DNA from: Bugula neritina
Lineage: Eukaryota > Animalia > Bryozoa
Assembly (NCBI GenBank): GCA_964035545.1
Contig: OZ037768.1
Location: 6,604,741 to 6,668,740, forward strand
Length of the DNA stretch: 64,000 nucleotides
Direction of reading: 5' to 3'
Part shown: piece after piece, positions 1 to 15,300 of the stretch
Layout of the letters: every line of letters starts with the position of its first letter
Position numbering within the stretch: position 1 is the stretch's first letter
The notes under the pieces: model-generated
Seen by the model: only the letters and a program-made list of their open reading frames with translations
Database searches by the model: none
What the model was told of the DNA's origin: nothing
Program-made: the position numbers and the translations under genes

Positions 1-967
1 GTATGGAAGATTTATACTGTAGGCTCATAAACCGAACCATTAAATCAAATGTAACACAAATGAATTGATCACAGAAACATTGTAAGGGAGCTGTCCAAAT
101 CGCTCGGCTATATACAGTTTCATTTGAACAAGCTGTCAGCAGGCAATAACTATCCACCTGCAATCACCTGTGGCAATTTTCCGTTTTATTTCCTAATGAT
201 AACACAAAAAGTTGCTGATACTAGTTGGAAGTGCTGTGCAACACACACAATGCTAGTAGCAATACCTTCACACACTACACTGATACAGCAAACTGATAAC
301 TATTATAAACTTGCAGTTCAGTAGGGTACCTGCGGACAAAGACCTATGCAAACAACAAAGGCCCTTTAGAAATAGAATATTAGGTTCATACAAATGAGTT
401 TCCAGTTTCTTGGCAAATCTCAAGACCCTCTGAAAGCAAGTATTCCCTTTCAAAGATGCAAGAGTGGAGCTGAGATAGAGCTACTTTGAAAAGTCCTTCA
501 TCAAGATGAGTATGGCTCACGACAACAAATAAGATATTGTGAAGCTGTCACTACAAGACTACGTCTCGCCCACAATTCAATCAAATTGTTTTAAAGAAGA
601 AAAAACAATGCCTTTCAAAACCTTCTCTTATAACAAACTATTGAGATAACCTATAGAACATATAAATGGTGCAAAATTTTCAGCTAATGCAATAAATTAC
701 AGACATTCTTAACTAAGAATGTCTGATTAGAATCTAAAATATTTCAGCTAATCCTTAAAGCAACTTGATAAACAGGGAGAGTGATGGCCCGACTGGAGCA
801 GTTAACTCTTTAAACCGGCTGTCACTGGCAAACAAATAGAATGCCTTGAATTTTAGGATTATAGCAGATAAGAGCAGGATTACAAATACTCAAATTTTCT
901 CCAGTTGATTTTGATTAATGTATATTGATACTTTTTTAACTGGCATCTGATGAATGGAATCTTATCA

Positions 968-1120
<153 letters not shown>

Positions 1121-4100
1121 TTACTTTTTCTCTCCAAGGCTAGACCTAAAGCAATCACTCACAGAAATGAGCACTTTATACTAAAACTCTGCATGAGATG
1201 AACAGGACATCTGAACACAGCTACAGAGTATGCTAATATGTGTATTTATATAGGATATTGGCATGGCTTCCTATCAACTAACTTATCAGTGAAAGTATGT
1301 GCCAAAAAGTAGAAGAATAATTGAAAGGTGCCTGTACACTGTACAGTTACTTTTCTTTTAGTAAATAAAGAAAACAGTGGAGAAATCAATGAGAAAATTG
1401 TATTAGAAAAATATGCTTCATATAAGTGTTGCTTTAATGTTTTCCAGATGCTGATAAGTAACTTGCCAGCAGATGTGAGCTTAATCTACACTGTGGCTTC
1501 TACTAGAAAACTAACATTTGTTATTCTTGCTAATTGGTAATATAGACACAGCTAGGGTCACTCCGCATGTAGCAACTTAGTAAACTAAGGAAACCAAAAA
1601 GATTGAAAGTAGAAAACCAGGTCAGATTTAAAAAGTAGTTGCACTCACTTCAGGACATTATTATTTAATGTTGAATACAAAGTCAGTATATGACTCGAAG
1701 CTTATACCATATCATATACTTCCTCATTTAAGTTTCACCAATCCGATGAGGTATACACAAGTATCTAAAAATAGAAAGATAATAGATTTCAATAAAAATG
1801 TTACTGGTATTTTAGTCAATAGCTTACAAGTAGAGTACCTCATAGTTAAACTATGCTACTTAAAATCTGATCTTTTTTGTTTTTGGTTTAGCAAAAAATG
1901 TATCACCTGCACAAATATTATTCTAGATCAAACCACAGTTGTTTAATCAAAGGTAATGTTGTAAAAAATAACAGTAGTCAATGAATTACAACATAAGTAG
2001 CTAGCTTTAATTAATTGCATAAACATAGCATTTCAGACGCAGAGTAGATATAGCCATAGGTTGTAGGATTGTACATTGTGTGGTGGTACAGTGTTGCAGC
2101 AACACCAACCTCAACTGGATGAAACTTAGACTACATTTTTTTGCTCACAACTCATAGTAAGCTACAGTAAGGAGCAGTTTAGTACAAATATTCAATATTT
2201 CAATAACATTCTAATAAACCAGTAACAATATTTCAATCATGTGTACGCTACAGTCTACATCACTATAAAATTTACTTGTAGCTATAACTAGCATGGTGCT
2301 GTCAACTTAAAACCGAAAGCTTTTTCTTATAGCTATGTGGGCTAACTTTTATAAGTAAAATATTTGACTTTGGAAGCATCTATCAGCCCTAGCTAATAAC
2401 AGTTTAACTATGATTACCTTATCATTCTACCAATATTTATAGTAAAAGTGAATGTTGCAATAGTTGCGTGTATATCTTGCTAGATACTTGTTCTCTTACT
2501 CACTAATTTTACATAATGCATGCACATCTTATACATATAAGAGTGGCTTAAGGAAGTGCAATGGTCAAAACTAACACACAGAGCTGACTAAATACAAAAG
2601 TAAAGTAGACTACATCAATTGCAAATATTAGAAATATTATTGAAGGTACAAAATAGGCTATACTGGCAAATCATTTCTATCGAGAATTTAAAAAATCTTG
2701 AAAATAGCAACGTTTACTTAAATTCAACATTTAGGCTTATGATAATTAAGCTATCTTAGTTTCTAGCATAATGCAATCATTAATATAGCCACACTCATTC
2801 TGAGTCATTCATTCATGATTCACTCCAATGGATTAAGCATGAATAGCGAACAATCCTTATATGATAATAGCCTTTGTATGTTTGCCAACACATAATTTGC
2901 AATACAATAAACGTGGATAAAAAGTAGGTAATCAAAACTTGTTGATTTGCTATTTTCCCATCACAGATAGCTCAGATACTAATAGCATTTTATCAACAAA
3001 AACTTCAACTAGAATAAACAACATCAAAATTTGTATAAAATAATGCTAGTGATTTTAATAGGAATTGAGATGACAATTTAAGACTCAACAAAAACAACTG
3101 TGTGCATTAATTAGGCACAGGACTATAAATGCTGAGATTTAAAAATCTAACTTCAAGTGTTGAATTAAAAAATGTGAGTATTTTGGGTCAATTTTTAGGT
3201 ACAAAGTTACTTATTAGCTTTAAGACTTGGGTTGAGTTAATTATAATTGTAATTAATAATTATTGTCTAATTAACAAGCAAAACTATTATACAATTTGGA
3301 AATGCAATTAGATCTGCTCTGGGAATACTATAATTACAAAATAAATTACAGTAAGATAATATAGATAGTTAAATAGAGTTAAATTAATGTTTACATATCT
3401 AATAAATCTGATGATCAAACCTAAAATAACCCTAGTAAAACACTTCTGGCTATAAAGAAAGTATCATTAAGACCAGAAGATGATACAGCTGGTTAACAAT
3501 TAGTCTAGGAGTTGAAGTTCATAAAATGGTAGCTTGGTCCAACTTCATTGGCCAAAATCAGAATTTCAAACAAATTATAAACAGTACTTACAAGTACTGG
3601 TAATGATCTGTAGGCCTATAATCATATTACTACTAAACTTTTAAGCATTAGTTCATCTAGTTATAACATACAGCAAGGAAAAATAATAGAACATTGTAAG
3701 CAACATATTTAAAACTGCTAGGAATACAATCACAAGTTTTACAAAGTGTTGGATGTCAATAAGTTCTGTGTTAGTAAACATAGCTAATAAGTCACAATAG
3801 TCTAGATTGAGCATCCAAAAGGCATATCAAGTCAACTACTAACCAACTCATAGCAAACTTCTTGATTAACTTTGACATTAAAATAGGTTTAACTCTTAAT
3901 TATATTAAATTAAATAAATTGTAATATAACACACTTTAATATCAATAGCATTACTGATTATTACTGTGACTAGTAAAAGGCTAAGCACAACTTCAGTATG
4001 AGTATCTATATTCTATAAGAATAGATATCAGCAAAAATACTAGGTTCAACATCAGTACAAATATGGCAAATGCTAAACAATAATTAGTATTAATAGTATT

Positions 4101-4339
4101 AGTTACTAGTATAAATTTCAAAGGGTAACTTACAGCTAATGCTTTACACTATACAGTATTATATAAAGATGTTTACCTACTGAGCTATTACATATTGCTA
4201 TTTCCAAATCTCAGATTGACATTCAGGGTGATAGAAGTTATTATTGCTATTATTAATAAATCAAGTAACACTGCGTCTCGTATGGTTTATTATTTATCTT
4301 TAAATCTATTATGTGATCAGTATTCTTAATTAAAGGCAA

Positions 4340-5085
4340 CTGTAGATATTACTAATACTATAGCTATTGTGAGTATTAGAGTTCGTAGTTTAACTATGTA
4401 TGACACTCGTATATGATTTTGGTATATATATTGAGAACCATTATCATGTTATTTAATCATTACTACCCATACTAAGAGTCAATCATAAAGTATAGGGAGA
4501 TAAAATAGTATAGTATCAGTTTGAGTATGTTACTATTAGCTATAAGACTATCAATATGGATGGTATAAGTATTGGTATAAATAATACTAATAGTAGATAA
4601 GTATCACTATTAGTTTATTAGTATTACTATTAGTATTATATTTAGCATAAGTATTAGTATTACACATTTGTAAATTAGATTTCATAGTCAAAGTGAATAG
4701 TGATACTGAAAGTCAATGATAGTGAATAAGTGATACTGATGATCATAGTGATTAGATTTAATCACTAATGATTAATCATATTGATATTAGATTTAATATT
4801 AAGTCGATAATATTAATCCATAATGATAATAAGAATCGAAATAATTTTATTAAATTTATTGTAACACTAACAGTAACAGTAACTCAAACTGTAGGTGTAA
4901 ATGTAACCATGATCATCATCATGATATTGATCATAATCCGGATCCATCATCATTACCATAATGATAATAAATAATAATGATGACTGGTTGACTGATGAGT
5001 TCGCGATCATCATCACTATGATCAAGTTCAACTCCAAAGTTCTGCCTCAGGCTCAGGTATAAATATAAATATTATAATTATAATC
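4340..5085. repeat. 6-bp-periodic low-complexity tract in the 5' part of the putative Par-3 first intron
   Basis: For example taa cag taa ctc aaa ctg tag gtg taa atg taa cca tga tca tca tca tga tat tga tca taa. Produces the spurious ORF 4768-4974 with alternating residues. Boundaries approximate. Confidence 0.75.
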
Positions 5086-5248
5086 AATTCGACTTTATTT
5101 TTATTTTATTTAACATGACATTATGGCAACATTATCATCAGTACAATTACTAAAAAATGAAATAAGCATTAAAATTGTTGAATACCAATATTTTATGACA
5201 CATTATCTATCTTTGGTCTTCTCCGTAACTTATTAGTTATTTACTTAC

Positions 5249-5590
5249 TTTCTAATCCAACTAGTCTAGTACCAATGACTGACGGCGTAATAAATTTACA
5301 AAAGCTGTAATCACATCATTAGCCTCCGATTAGCCCAATAATTGCATTAGCTACTCATAATATAACGACTGCAATTGGTCAGTTTTTTAAAGATTCTACA
5401 ATAAGCGGTTAGATACTATTTTTAGCTGCATCCGTTTAGCGATCAACTTTGACCTTTAACCATCCTTCATTTTCAAATCTCCACCCATCGGCGTTAGCTT
5501 TTGACCCAATTCAAAGTTGGAATTTGGCCCTCTACACTTTCTTTTCATTATTCTACCGCAGTACCCATTTGTTTAACGTCGAATCGAGTT
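5249..5590. promoter_or_regulatory. Probable bidirectional promoter between Par-3 and ACBP
   Basis: Divergent genes; CCAAT boxes near 5335 (+), 5375 (-) and 5507 (+); locally more CpG than the flanks. TSS positions not determinable. Confidence 0.55.
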
Positions 5591-7187
5591 ATGGCTGACG
5601 AGGTAATATGGTACACTATTTTAATGTATTGGTTTTATTTAATTTTATATTGATATTCCCATCAAATTGAAATAGTTGTACTCGTTGAACTTGATGTTCA
5701 TCATCATGATCATGATGATGATCATTCAATTTCATGTTGATCATGATGTTATACTTATACCTATAGTTATACTAATAGTAATACATAATATTACTTATAG
5801 TTATTAGGTACTACTAGTCATTATTATTTATTATTAACTATTAATAATTAAGGTATTACTTGTTAAAGGTTAAGTTGACCTTTTTCTTATTAATCAGTAA
5901 TCTGTTGTCTCAGATCAATGCTATAACAATAATATTAATTCAAATTGAAATTGTATTTTAAAAAATAAAATATTAATTACTTCTACTATAATATTAATAA
6001 TAATTGTCAACAGTAATTATGTAGTATTGTTGATTTAAGTTAGCAATGCCAATGGTAATATCTATATTCATGTCATAGATTTGTTGGGGTTTGGATTTAT
6101 TATAATTGATCTCATGATAATTTGTAATATTATACTGTATTGATGCTCATTTTTGGCTTTCATTAAGTTTAGCATAAATATTTGAAACTCATATTTAACC
6201 ACCAAACAATATCAATTGGAGCAGCAACTTGGTATGGTTTGCTGAGTTTGTTCTTTTTGTTAATGCAATTAGCAATTTTAGATTTGGTAGCAATAAATAA
6301 CTGCGATATAGTTATCAGTTATGTATTGGTCAAGGTTTAATGTGTAGTTGTACTGTAGGCCATCAAATTTTCAACAAAATTAACTTGCCAAGTTTATTCA
6401 GTTAAACATGTGTAAAATATTTTTACTCATTTTTGTTATTTTCTAGTGAAAATTTGGGTTTCATTATTGGAAAAGTCATTTTGCTTGTAGGCATTTCAAA
6501 CAGCTGCTGAAGAAGCTAAGCAGTTAGCCCAACAACCCAAAAATGAAGAACTTTTAGAACTATATAGCTTATATAAACAAGGCACCGTGGGTGACTGTAA
6601 TACAGGTAAGCTGTGTTTAGTAATACTAAGATATGTATCGTAATTTGCTTGCAACCGGGAATTCTTCCAGCTCCCCATGCTTTATCACAAAGCGCAATAT
6701 TTGCTAACTTGTTAAGCTTTAAATTTGTTTGGTTTATCTGTATTTATATAGATTTAATCAGTTTCGGGCAGGCTGAGTTTCCTAATAATTAAATACGTGT
6801 TTGAATTGAGGGCGGTGTTTCGTTGTGTTTGTTTTGTTGTTCATCTAAGAATTTTGGATATTGCATTTACTAATATTTCATAAATTTAATATTGAAGATC
6901 GGCCAGGTATGTTGGACTTTACTGGAAAAGCAAAATGGGATGCATGGAATGCTAAAAAAGGTATATCTAACTTCCTATACTAATAACTACCATATAGTGT
7001 TAGATATGTTTTATAAATTATTTAGCAGATTTTGATAAATTTGTGTACTTTGATTCATAATGTCAGTATGTTTATTGTCAGAGTGTTGAATATTTTATTA
7101 CTGGCTGCAGGAATGTCCCAGGAAGATGCTAAAGCTAGATATGTTACAAAAGTTGGAGAGCTAAAAAGTACTTATGGCATGAAGTAA
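5591..7187 (+). CDS. DBI: Acyl-CoA-binding protein (ACBP/DBI), 88 aa, 4 exons
   Basis: Exons 5591-5602, 6491-6605, 6898-6960, 7111-7187 join in frame through GT-AG introns: [92 protein letters not shown] and KWDAW signatures present; AATAAA at 7418. Confidence 0.96.
5690..6120. repeat. 6-bp-periodic tract in ACBP intron 1
   Basis: tcatcatgatcatgatgatgatca, gttatacttatacctatagttatactaatagtaat; boundaries approximate. Confidence 0.7.
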
Positions 7188-9374
7188 CTTTTAGCCGGTT
7201 TATTGCTAGTCATGGTCAATTGGATGCTAGTCAAGATGCATACAATGTCAATTTCCACACTGTCAATAGCCTACCCATAGTTGTTGAAATATATTTTAAC
7301 GCATGTTGTTGAAAGAAACTGCTGAAGCCAGTAAAGCATTTTATGTTGTTTACTGTTCAATTGTAAATTTTCTAACATTTTTTCACAAGTGTACTATGAA
7401 TTTTAACTATTGAGATAAATAAACTGTTCAGGTTGATTTACAATCTTCTCCTTTTGTTGCTCATTATTCTAGTTGCAAAGTTCTTTAGATTTCAACTTTT
7501 AATACGGTTTTAATTATTTTAGAACTCATTCATAAAAAGTATAAAGGTATCAATCTCTTATCCCCAGTTATAAAGTAAAATCTAAAATTTGCTTCTTTGG
7601 GTCAGTAATAAGCCATTCATATCTAAGTAGATTTAGTTTGCTAAAAGTTGATTACTTGTTGCTGGGCAACAGAGAGTTACTAATTACATGTGTACTGACA
7701 TATTATATCTAACTTATTAATGAAAGAAACCGATGTTGGTAGATGTACTATAAACGCAGCATTTCAGCAGATTTCAAAACAAGCTCTGTGTGAAAACAAC
7801 TTAAATCTGCTCCAACAGTTATGCTTACCTTGCAGTCCATATAATAATTTAGGGTTGTGCAGCCCTACACAAACAGTTTACTAGCAATTGCACTATACAA
7901 TTAAAAATTGCAAGCTTTGATTGTAAAGTCATGCATGTTAAATTTTAATGCGATTGAATGTAACTTCTTATATTACCTAAATTGATTTATCTCATAGAAA
8001 TGCAAGTTGCTTTGTTTGTAATTTGCAGCCAAGCCTAGTATAACCAATATTGATTAGGTCAAATTCTCTCAAATGTTCTTTAAGTTTTAGCTGCATGGTA
8101 AATTTACTATTCACTCATTGTGTAGGTATACAAATGTTATATATTTCCTAATTCTTAAGTTACCAAAAATGATATTTCTTTGGTCATACTCTAAAATATA
8201 ATATATTTAATTTATATTGAAAATATTTCATAAGTTACTATGTTGAAATATAAATAGATTATTTTGAAAGCTAGTCCATAGGAAGTAATCACCAGAAGTG
8301 AAAACCCCAATAATTTAACAAGAATATATTCAATACATCCATTCCAACATTTATATTTATTTGAGTAAAAGTAAATCTAGAAACTCTGTATTTACATTCC
8401 AGTTTAAAGTCATGCTGTATCATATAACATTGTAATATCTCAAATATAGGCCAATTATCATGAACTATTGAGTAGAATTTGCCTATTTTTCTACATATGG
8501 CTGGCAGGCAACACAGCCAATGAGAAATACCATCTAGTTCAATGAAATGATTTCAAAGTAAAACAAATTCAGACTTGGAAGCAAACAAATACTGTAGCCT
8601 ATAATGATCAGGCCTCTTTGAAAATGATAGATATCACTTTCTTGGCTTTAAGAACAACAATGTAAAGTCATGGTACCTGTTAAGTTTTCTCATTGTAGAG
8701 GTATTGAAATCCCAGCTGCATTAGCAAATTAAAATAATTTTATTATTACTGTTAGCAAACACTGCACACACTACTACATAATCATAGTAAAATATTACTC
8801 ATGTTACAAAAATAATCTACCTATCAAGTATTGTCAAAAGTGGGTAAAGGGATGCAAAACAAAAAGTAAGCCTACAATATAGATAACAGCACAAATTACC
8901 TATTGATAAGTTATTAATATTTTATAGAATTAAACAACATAAGTTACCAAAAAAGATAACAGTAGTAAAAATAAAAAGTGAGTAGAATGGAGTTATATTC
9001 CAGCACCACTCAAAAAGTAGATATTAAGCTATAAACTGGCACAAATACATAGTAATTGTCCACATAAGTGTTTCAATAGCAACAGACATAATATTATAGT
9101 GGTGGCAAGACATAACGGTCATAAGGGTGGCACTACACAAACACAACTTATTCTTTTATAATAGATAATGCATAATAATTACAGAATTCATCAGGGATAA
9201 CAAATGTAAAGATGTGATTTTCTAACATAAGCTGATATATTTTACAATTATGCTTTTTCTAGAGATTTGTGTTAGTCACTACAAAGTATTATTTTGGATA
9301 GTACAGACTGAACTTGAATAGAACAAATTAAAAAGTCAATATGGCATATGATAAACAACACTGAAAACTGTCAT

Positions 9375-12300
9375 TTAATACAGCAGTTTCTTCCAAACCA
9401 GAGCAGCCAGTATCAATACAACGTTCACAGATGCCCCATAACACCCTGTGCAGCTGTATGGGAAATTCTAAAAACGTACAAAAGTGCAGTATTATACTTG
9501 TTTCAAATGATATGGAGACATTATTTAAAATTTCACCACCTGTGTTCACTGGAAATTATATTAATCTAGATCTAAAAATGTTTTAGCTTCTCCATTACAA
9601 TTCTCCTTTCATTCATAAATCACTAGAATAGTAAAATACTTTAAAAATAATGAAATAGTAATAAAACCCATTTTACACTAAGGGATCTTACACCACAGCC
9701 TAATTGACACCAACTTACAAACTCTAGCGAGACTACCGTAGCGAGTTATGCAGCTAAAAGCCATAGGTCAAAGGTCATAAAACTCACCGGGCTGAAGCTA
9801 TTATAGCACTGAGCAGGAGGGACACGGCGACGCAAGTGTCTTTTGCACACAGAAGGATTCTTCTCCACATACTCCTTGGCTCCAAGTTCATAAACCGGTT
9901 AAGGAAAGTTAAACAAGTTTGGCACATGATACCAGTATACCTGCATGCTGTGCTGAGGCAGCTACACAAAATATTATTAAATGATTACAGATCTGTCACC
10001 ACCTGAAACTATTTCAAGTTATAAGAACAGTCAGGATTTAGCAAATCTATGTAGCATGAGGATGTATTAGGAGTCTAAATTCTATGGTTTAGGAGAGAAA
10101 AAGTAGTTTATACATGCATTGTGCAAAGGGATCATTGTTTGGACATTTTTGGCTTCTTCCATTATGAACCAGTAAAATACTATGTTAGTATCAGTAAGTC
10201 ATCAGCCTTTTAGTGACACATAAAGTGTTGAATGGCAGAAAACCTTTGAATTCTAACAGCGCACACTATTTGAGCTACAAGGACTAATCAGATATTATCA
10301 GTAAATTAAAGTAAAACTGCCTCAAGTGCGACACCTTAACTAAATGTGTTTGACTAGATTTATCTCTAAATTGTTTGCAGACGAGAGATAACAAAAGTAA
10401 ATCTCAACTTTGCAGCAAATAAGCCAACATAAGACTTTCATTTAGGTAATAAACTGTGTAAAAGGATATTTTCCACAGGTTCTTGCGGCAAGGTAATGCC
10501 TTCACAGGTATCCTTCTGTGGATGGTCAGCTATAACCAGCATCATATTAGTCCCTTCCACTTTGACTGTTTGAACATCTCTGTTTATACAAAATATATCA
10601 TATGAATAAGTATCATCTAAACTCTAGCATCTCAAACTATGCTATGAGCTGTTAGGGAAATTATACCTTCCACAGGCCGAGATTTCTCTGGCTAGATTAT
10701 CTTTATCATTGTAGTAGTACTGATAACTGATCTTGGTACATGTTTGGTATTCTTCACCATACTTGAGTGGTTCTTCACTGCTTGCTCCTTCTGTGTATAG
10801 CAAACTAAAATACAGCATAGTTACTCCTAATATACTTAATATCAACATTTTATAAATCTATGACAATGATAATACTATCATACACTGCAGAATGTAACAG
10901 CATAAATACAATAGGACTAGCAACATATACACAGACTCACAAAAACACAAACAGGCCATTAGTTTGAAAGATTTAAAATTAGTGGTTAATGATTTTAAAT
11001 TGTTTGATGTTAGATTTTAATTTACATGCAATGTCACAGAGTAAACTTATACCTATGTACACAAACAGATATGAAAAAGTGTTGCATAATTTTACCTGTT
11101 ATAAAGAAAAGCTATGCCTGTGGTTAGATGCGTCAGAAGCAAGTCCGCTATTTGCCCAATAGATGGCTAAAGTCAGAAAACAAAATGCTATACATAAGAA
11201 TGAAGACTTTATACCTTACACAATGAATTACTACTGCACAGCCTTGACCTTTTAAAAGCCTAAGAGCCACATAAAGTAATCTAAGAAAATTAAAAGTGTT
11301 GCACCCAGCTTTAAAAATGCTGTTGTTTAACAGAGTTTATTCAAAGCATCATTATATCATGATTCAAAAGTTACAGAATTTACATTGTAACTTATCCACA
11401 AATCAGTGTACGTTTTTAATTTGCGATATCTCACATAAGTAACCATATGACATTACATTTACCGTACTGCATGATGCAAACAAAGTGAGCAAAAAACTTA
11501 CAAGCCTAGATGCAGAGCTGGGCTCTTCCCGCCAGGTGAATATACAAGTAGCTTGATAGTCAAAGAACTTGTGTCTGAATAATAAATGCTAAATATAGGT
11601 GTTGATGCTAGGCAAGAGATGAAGGGCAAAAGTTTATTTTAAACTATTTGTAGTGTGGCAATAATAAGTTTAACTATAACGCAAATACTTGTTTAAGTAA
11701 TTGGCTATTGTGTTTATATACTGTCTAGTGAATCTGAATAATTCATAGATGTAGATGAAAATCAAATAATTGGTATACTTGCCGGCCATATATGCTGCTC
11801 TCATCCGAGTCGTTGAACAGCAACTGCATCAGAGATGGGTCAACTTTTCCCAGCCATTGACCAATCTAGAATCGGAACAGATTTTCTTAATAATCAAAAT
11901 TAGCAAATACCGTGCAGATGTAAAAATCTGTATCAATACAAACAGAAAGCTTAGAATCTATCTTGAAAGATAAAAGTAAAGCTTTTACTTTGGTTACAGT
12001 ATAATAACCCCAGTTTTCAATAAAATTCTTAGAGAGCAACCATGGTCTAGGGGTTTAAGCACTGGCTTAGTAAACCCAAGGTCGTGGGTTCCATCCTCAG
12101 TAAAGGCCATTGGTGATGTTAGGAAGAGCATCCAGTCATAATTACTCCCATGCCACATATGAATAAGTCCTTGGCTTGCTTTAAGAAAAACCCTTTCCAT
12201 TAGGTGTTTCTCACAGGAATAGTGACTATAAACTTGTGCGAGTTTGTTTTCAATCAAATTCTTGGAATAATTTTATTGACTCAAATAAAAATGATGGTGT

Positions 12301-15300
12301 AAGACATTGAATTACCAATGCTGTTAGTCCCATCAATTCTTTCAATTGGCAACTCTGTATGAACTGTTATGGTGACAACATTCATGACTGCAGATGCCGT
12401 GGTAGAGCTAGCTACGAGATAATAAAGATTGAAGAGTAAAATAAAATTATAACATACCAAGTTGGATCCCTCATCCTGCGAGTTTTCAGCTATGATGAAA
12501 CCTCCTTCATCTAGTAGCAAGCATACTTTGTCAAAAAAAGAATCACATATGCCTGATCCAAACTCATCCTTCACAGCTTGTAAATTCTCCGTAAGCAACG
12601 TATTGTTAATAGTTATGCCGAGAACTGCAACATTTATAGAAGAATACTCAGGCCAATTGAGCAGGTTAAACATAAAAAACACCACAAGTGTGCAACAATC
12701 CCAACAAAACCTTACGTTTAAGTCTTCTATTGATACTATCATCTTAATAAGTATATCATTGATTACCATGAATATCTACCTTAATTACTACACAAGATAG
12801 CTGCAACTGTCATATGCAAATATCTTTCTTACCTCCAAAAATGTATGGGCGATCATCAACAACTTCAGTAAGAGCTTTAAAGATTGAAATAGCAGGACCT
12901 GAATAGTCTCCATATTGGTCTACAGATTAATTAACAGCAACATGTCAACATGAAACTTCTGTTGTATGAACAAGTAATTTAAATTAAAGATTTCATTGTA
13001 AATAAATGAATGAGAAGCAAATTTGAAACTAAAACTTATTGACTGAAATTTTCAATCATCTGACACATTAAATATGTTTCCAAGATTTGAGCTGAAGATT
13101 TAATGTTTGTTTGTAATATATTACACATACGTACACACATACATATTACATATATATAATATATTATACATGTAACATAAATATTTGATAGTACAATACA
13201 GAGTAGGCAAGAAACACACACCCCTAGCATAGTCTACTGTGTAGATAAACTCCTCTCTATTAGCAAAGGCCCTCTTTGTTGCAGGATTTGAATAATGATC
13301 TCCAAACTTGAATGCCTCCTCATCGTCATAAAACCGCGGGGGATACACAACAGATATACCTGCAAATATATAAAAACATATATCACAATACCACACTTTC
13401 AGTCGCAATAAAATACACAAAATAATGGGCAAGATGAATGGGGATATGAAATTTACTCGACCAAATAATATCCTTTGAAAGCTGTAATTATATTAATTAT
13501 TTAATAAACTTGAAAAAAGTAAAAATAAAATCAAAAGTAGGACATGTCTAAATATGATCATGAAAATTTTTCCTGTACTGAAGCATTGTGATAGCTGAAC
13601 TAAGGCTGTTGATGTTTCTAAAACTAACTTCAATCACTGAGTTGCAATATAAAAATAGTAAAATAGTTTATAATTATGTAAAACTCCAGCATAAACCTAC
13701 CTCCGGCTGTTGTTAACGATACAGCTTCAATGCCAGTATTATTAACCAAACTTGTCAAGTTAAAAGCGTTGATGATGGAGGCATCCCAGAGCAGGTGGTT
13801 GATCATGTCATCGTTACAAGTGGCATTTTCGGATACGAGGTCAGTAAGATTTTGCAGCAGTGTTGATTGGTTGGTTAGTTTGAGCACTCCCTCGCAGTAA
13901 CTTAAATCACATATATAAGTGGTGAAACACACACAAGAACATTACGACAATATAATCTCCTGGCAACAACCACTGTAGAATGTCATCAAATTATCATGCT
14001 TCTATCTATATCCATTTTTTAAATTCAAAGCTATATATGGTGCAAAAACAGTATTCGTAATGCAAAAAGATGTTTTGTAAACCCTTGTATAAATTATAAC
14101 TCACTTCCATTTCGAAATTGTGACCTCGTAACCTTCATTAACCAAGGCAGTCAATGTTGATACATTCGGCGCACTTGATGTACCGTTCACTTTTAGAACA
14201 GTGCTGACTATCTCAGGATTAGCTATGGCTAACCTAATAAACCACATAAAACATTTGGCAGGTTAATATACTGCAAAAACATAGCAATTAAAATAAATCC
14301 TATTCCAACAGTTCTAAAAGCAGTTTCAAGTCAAGTTAAATATTTGAGTCAACTTGCACCTAATTTGAATGACTCATTCAAACTGATTATTATGTAACTA
14401 TTAGGTGTTGCATCACAGAAAGAGAGTCTACAGAGAAGTTGATCTTATAAATGAACTTACAGTTTATACAAAATTATAATAACTGCAACACTGCAACATA
14501 GTACAAGACTTTGTGATAACAGCTACACTAGAGGGAAACAACTCCATCATGTTATAAATTACACAAAGAAATACCAACAGCCGATAAAAGGATATTCCTA
14601 CATGAGATTAAATGTTTTACCTGTAACGAGTTTTCTTGATATCAGCAGTGAAATATTTCTGAGAATATGAAATAAAGTAAGCCTAAAAAACCAAAAAATG
14701 CTATATCAAGGCTATGCAAGAATACCAGCAGCTATTGTGGTATTCATAGAGTATGTCTGCCAGCGGCAGTGTTCAAGTCTGTGAGGCTAACGAGGTGCAT
14801 AGCAGTCAAGTTTGAGTATTGAGTACATTACACATTGCTAGAGATACTGCTAAATTCTGGATATACTAAATATACTATACATATTATATATAATAAATAT
14901 ACTATACATACTATATAAAGTATATATACTATATATTTTTATTCAGAAACTACGTACAAAGTTATCTCCATTCTTCAGAACAGTGCCCACGTCCGCAATC
15001 ACCTTGGATATGGTGTTACCATCCAGCAACTCATCTCTTAACTAAAATACACTGTCAAATTAGCAACCATTGCCAATATACATAACATAGCAAAGTAAAA
15101 ACTGATATGTTAACACAGATTTTCAATGCGCCTAAAATCTAATGCTGTAAATTTGACTTGTCATGCCTTTATTAAACTTTTTCCTGTTTAAAGAACCAAA
15201 CCAATGCATATAACAAAGATAGAATTAGCCTTCAGTATATCAGCACATGTACATATTATAGCTATATGCATACATGTGCAGAGTTCGGAGTTGATAAAAC

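Noticed and set aside
9328-9549. ORF-track 73-aa peptide as the alpha2delta C-terminus
   Set aside because: Wrong frame; phase from the upstream exon gives NFPYSCTGCYGASVNVVLILAALVWKKLLY* ending at 9375.
14587-14596. Second U12 5'-site-like ATATCCTTTT on the minus strand
   Set aside because: Lies about 25 nt inside a normal GT-AG intron that already keeps frame, and I saw no matching U12 branch site.
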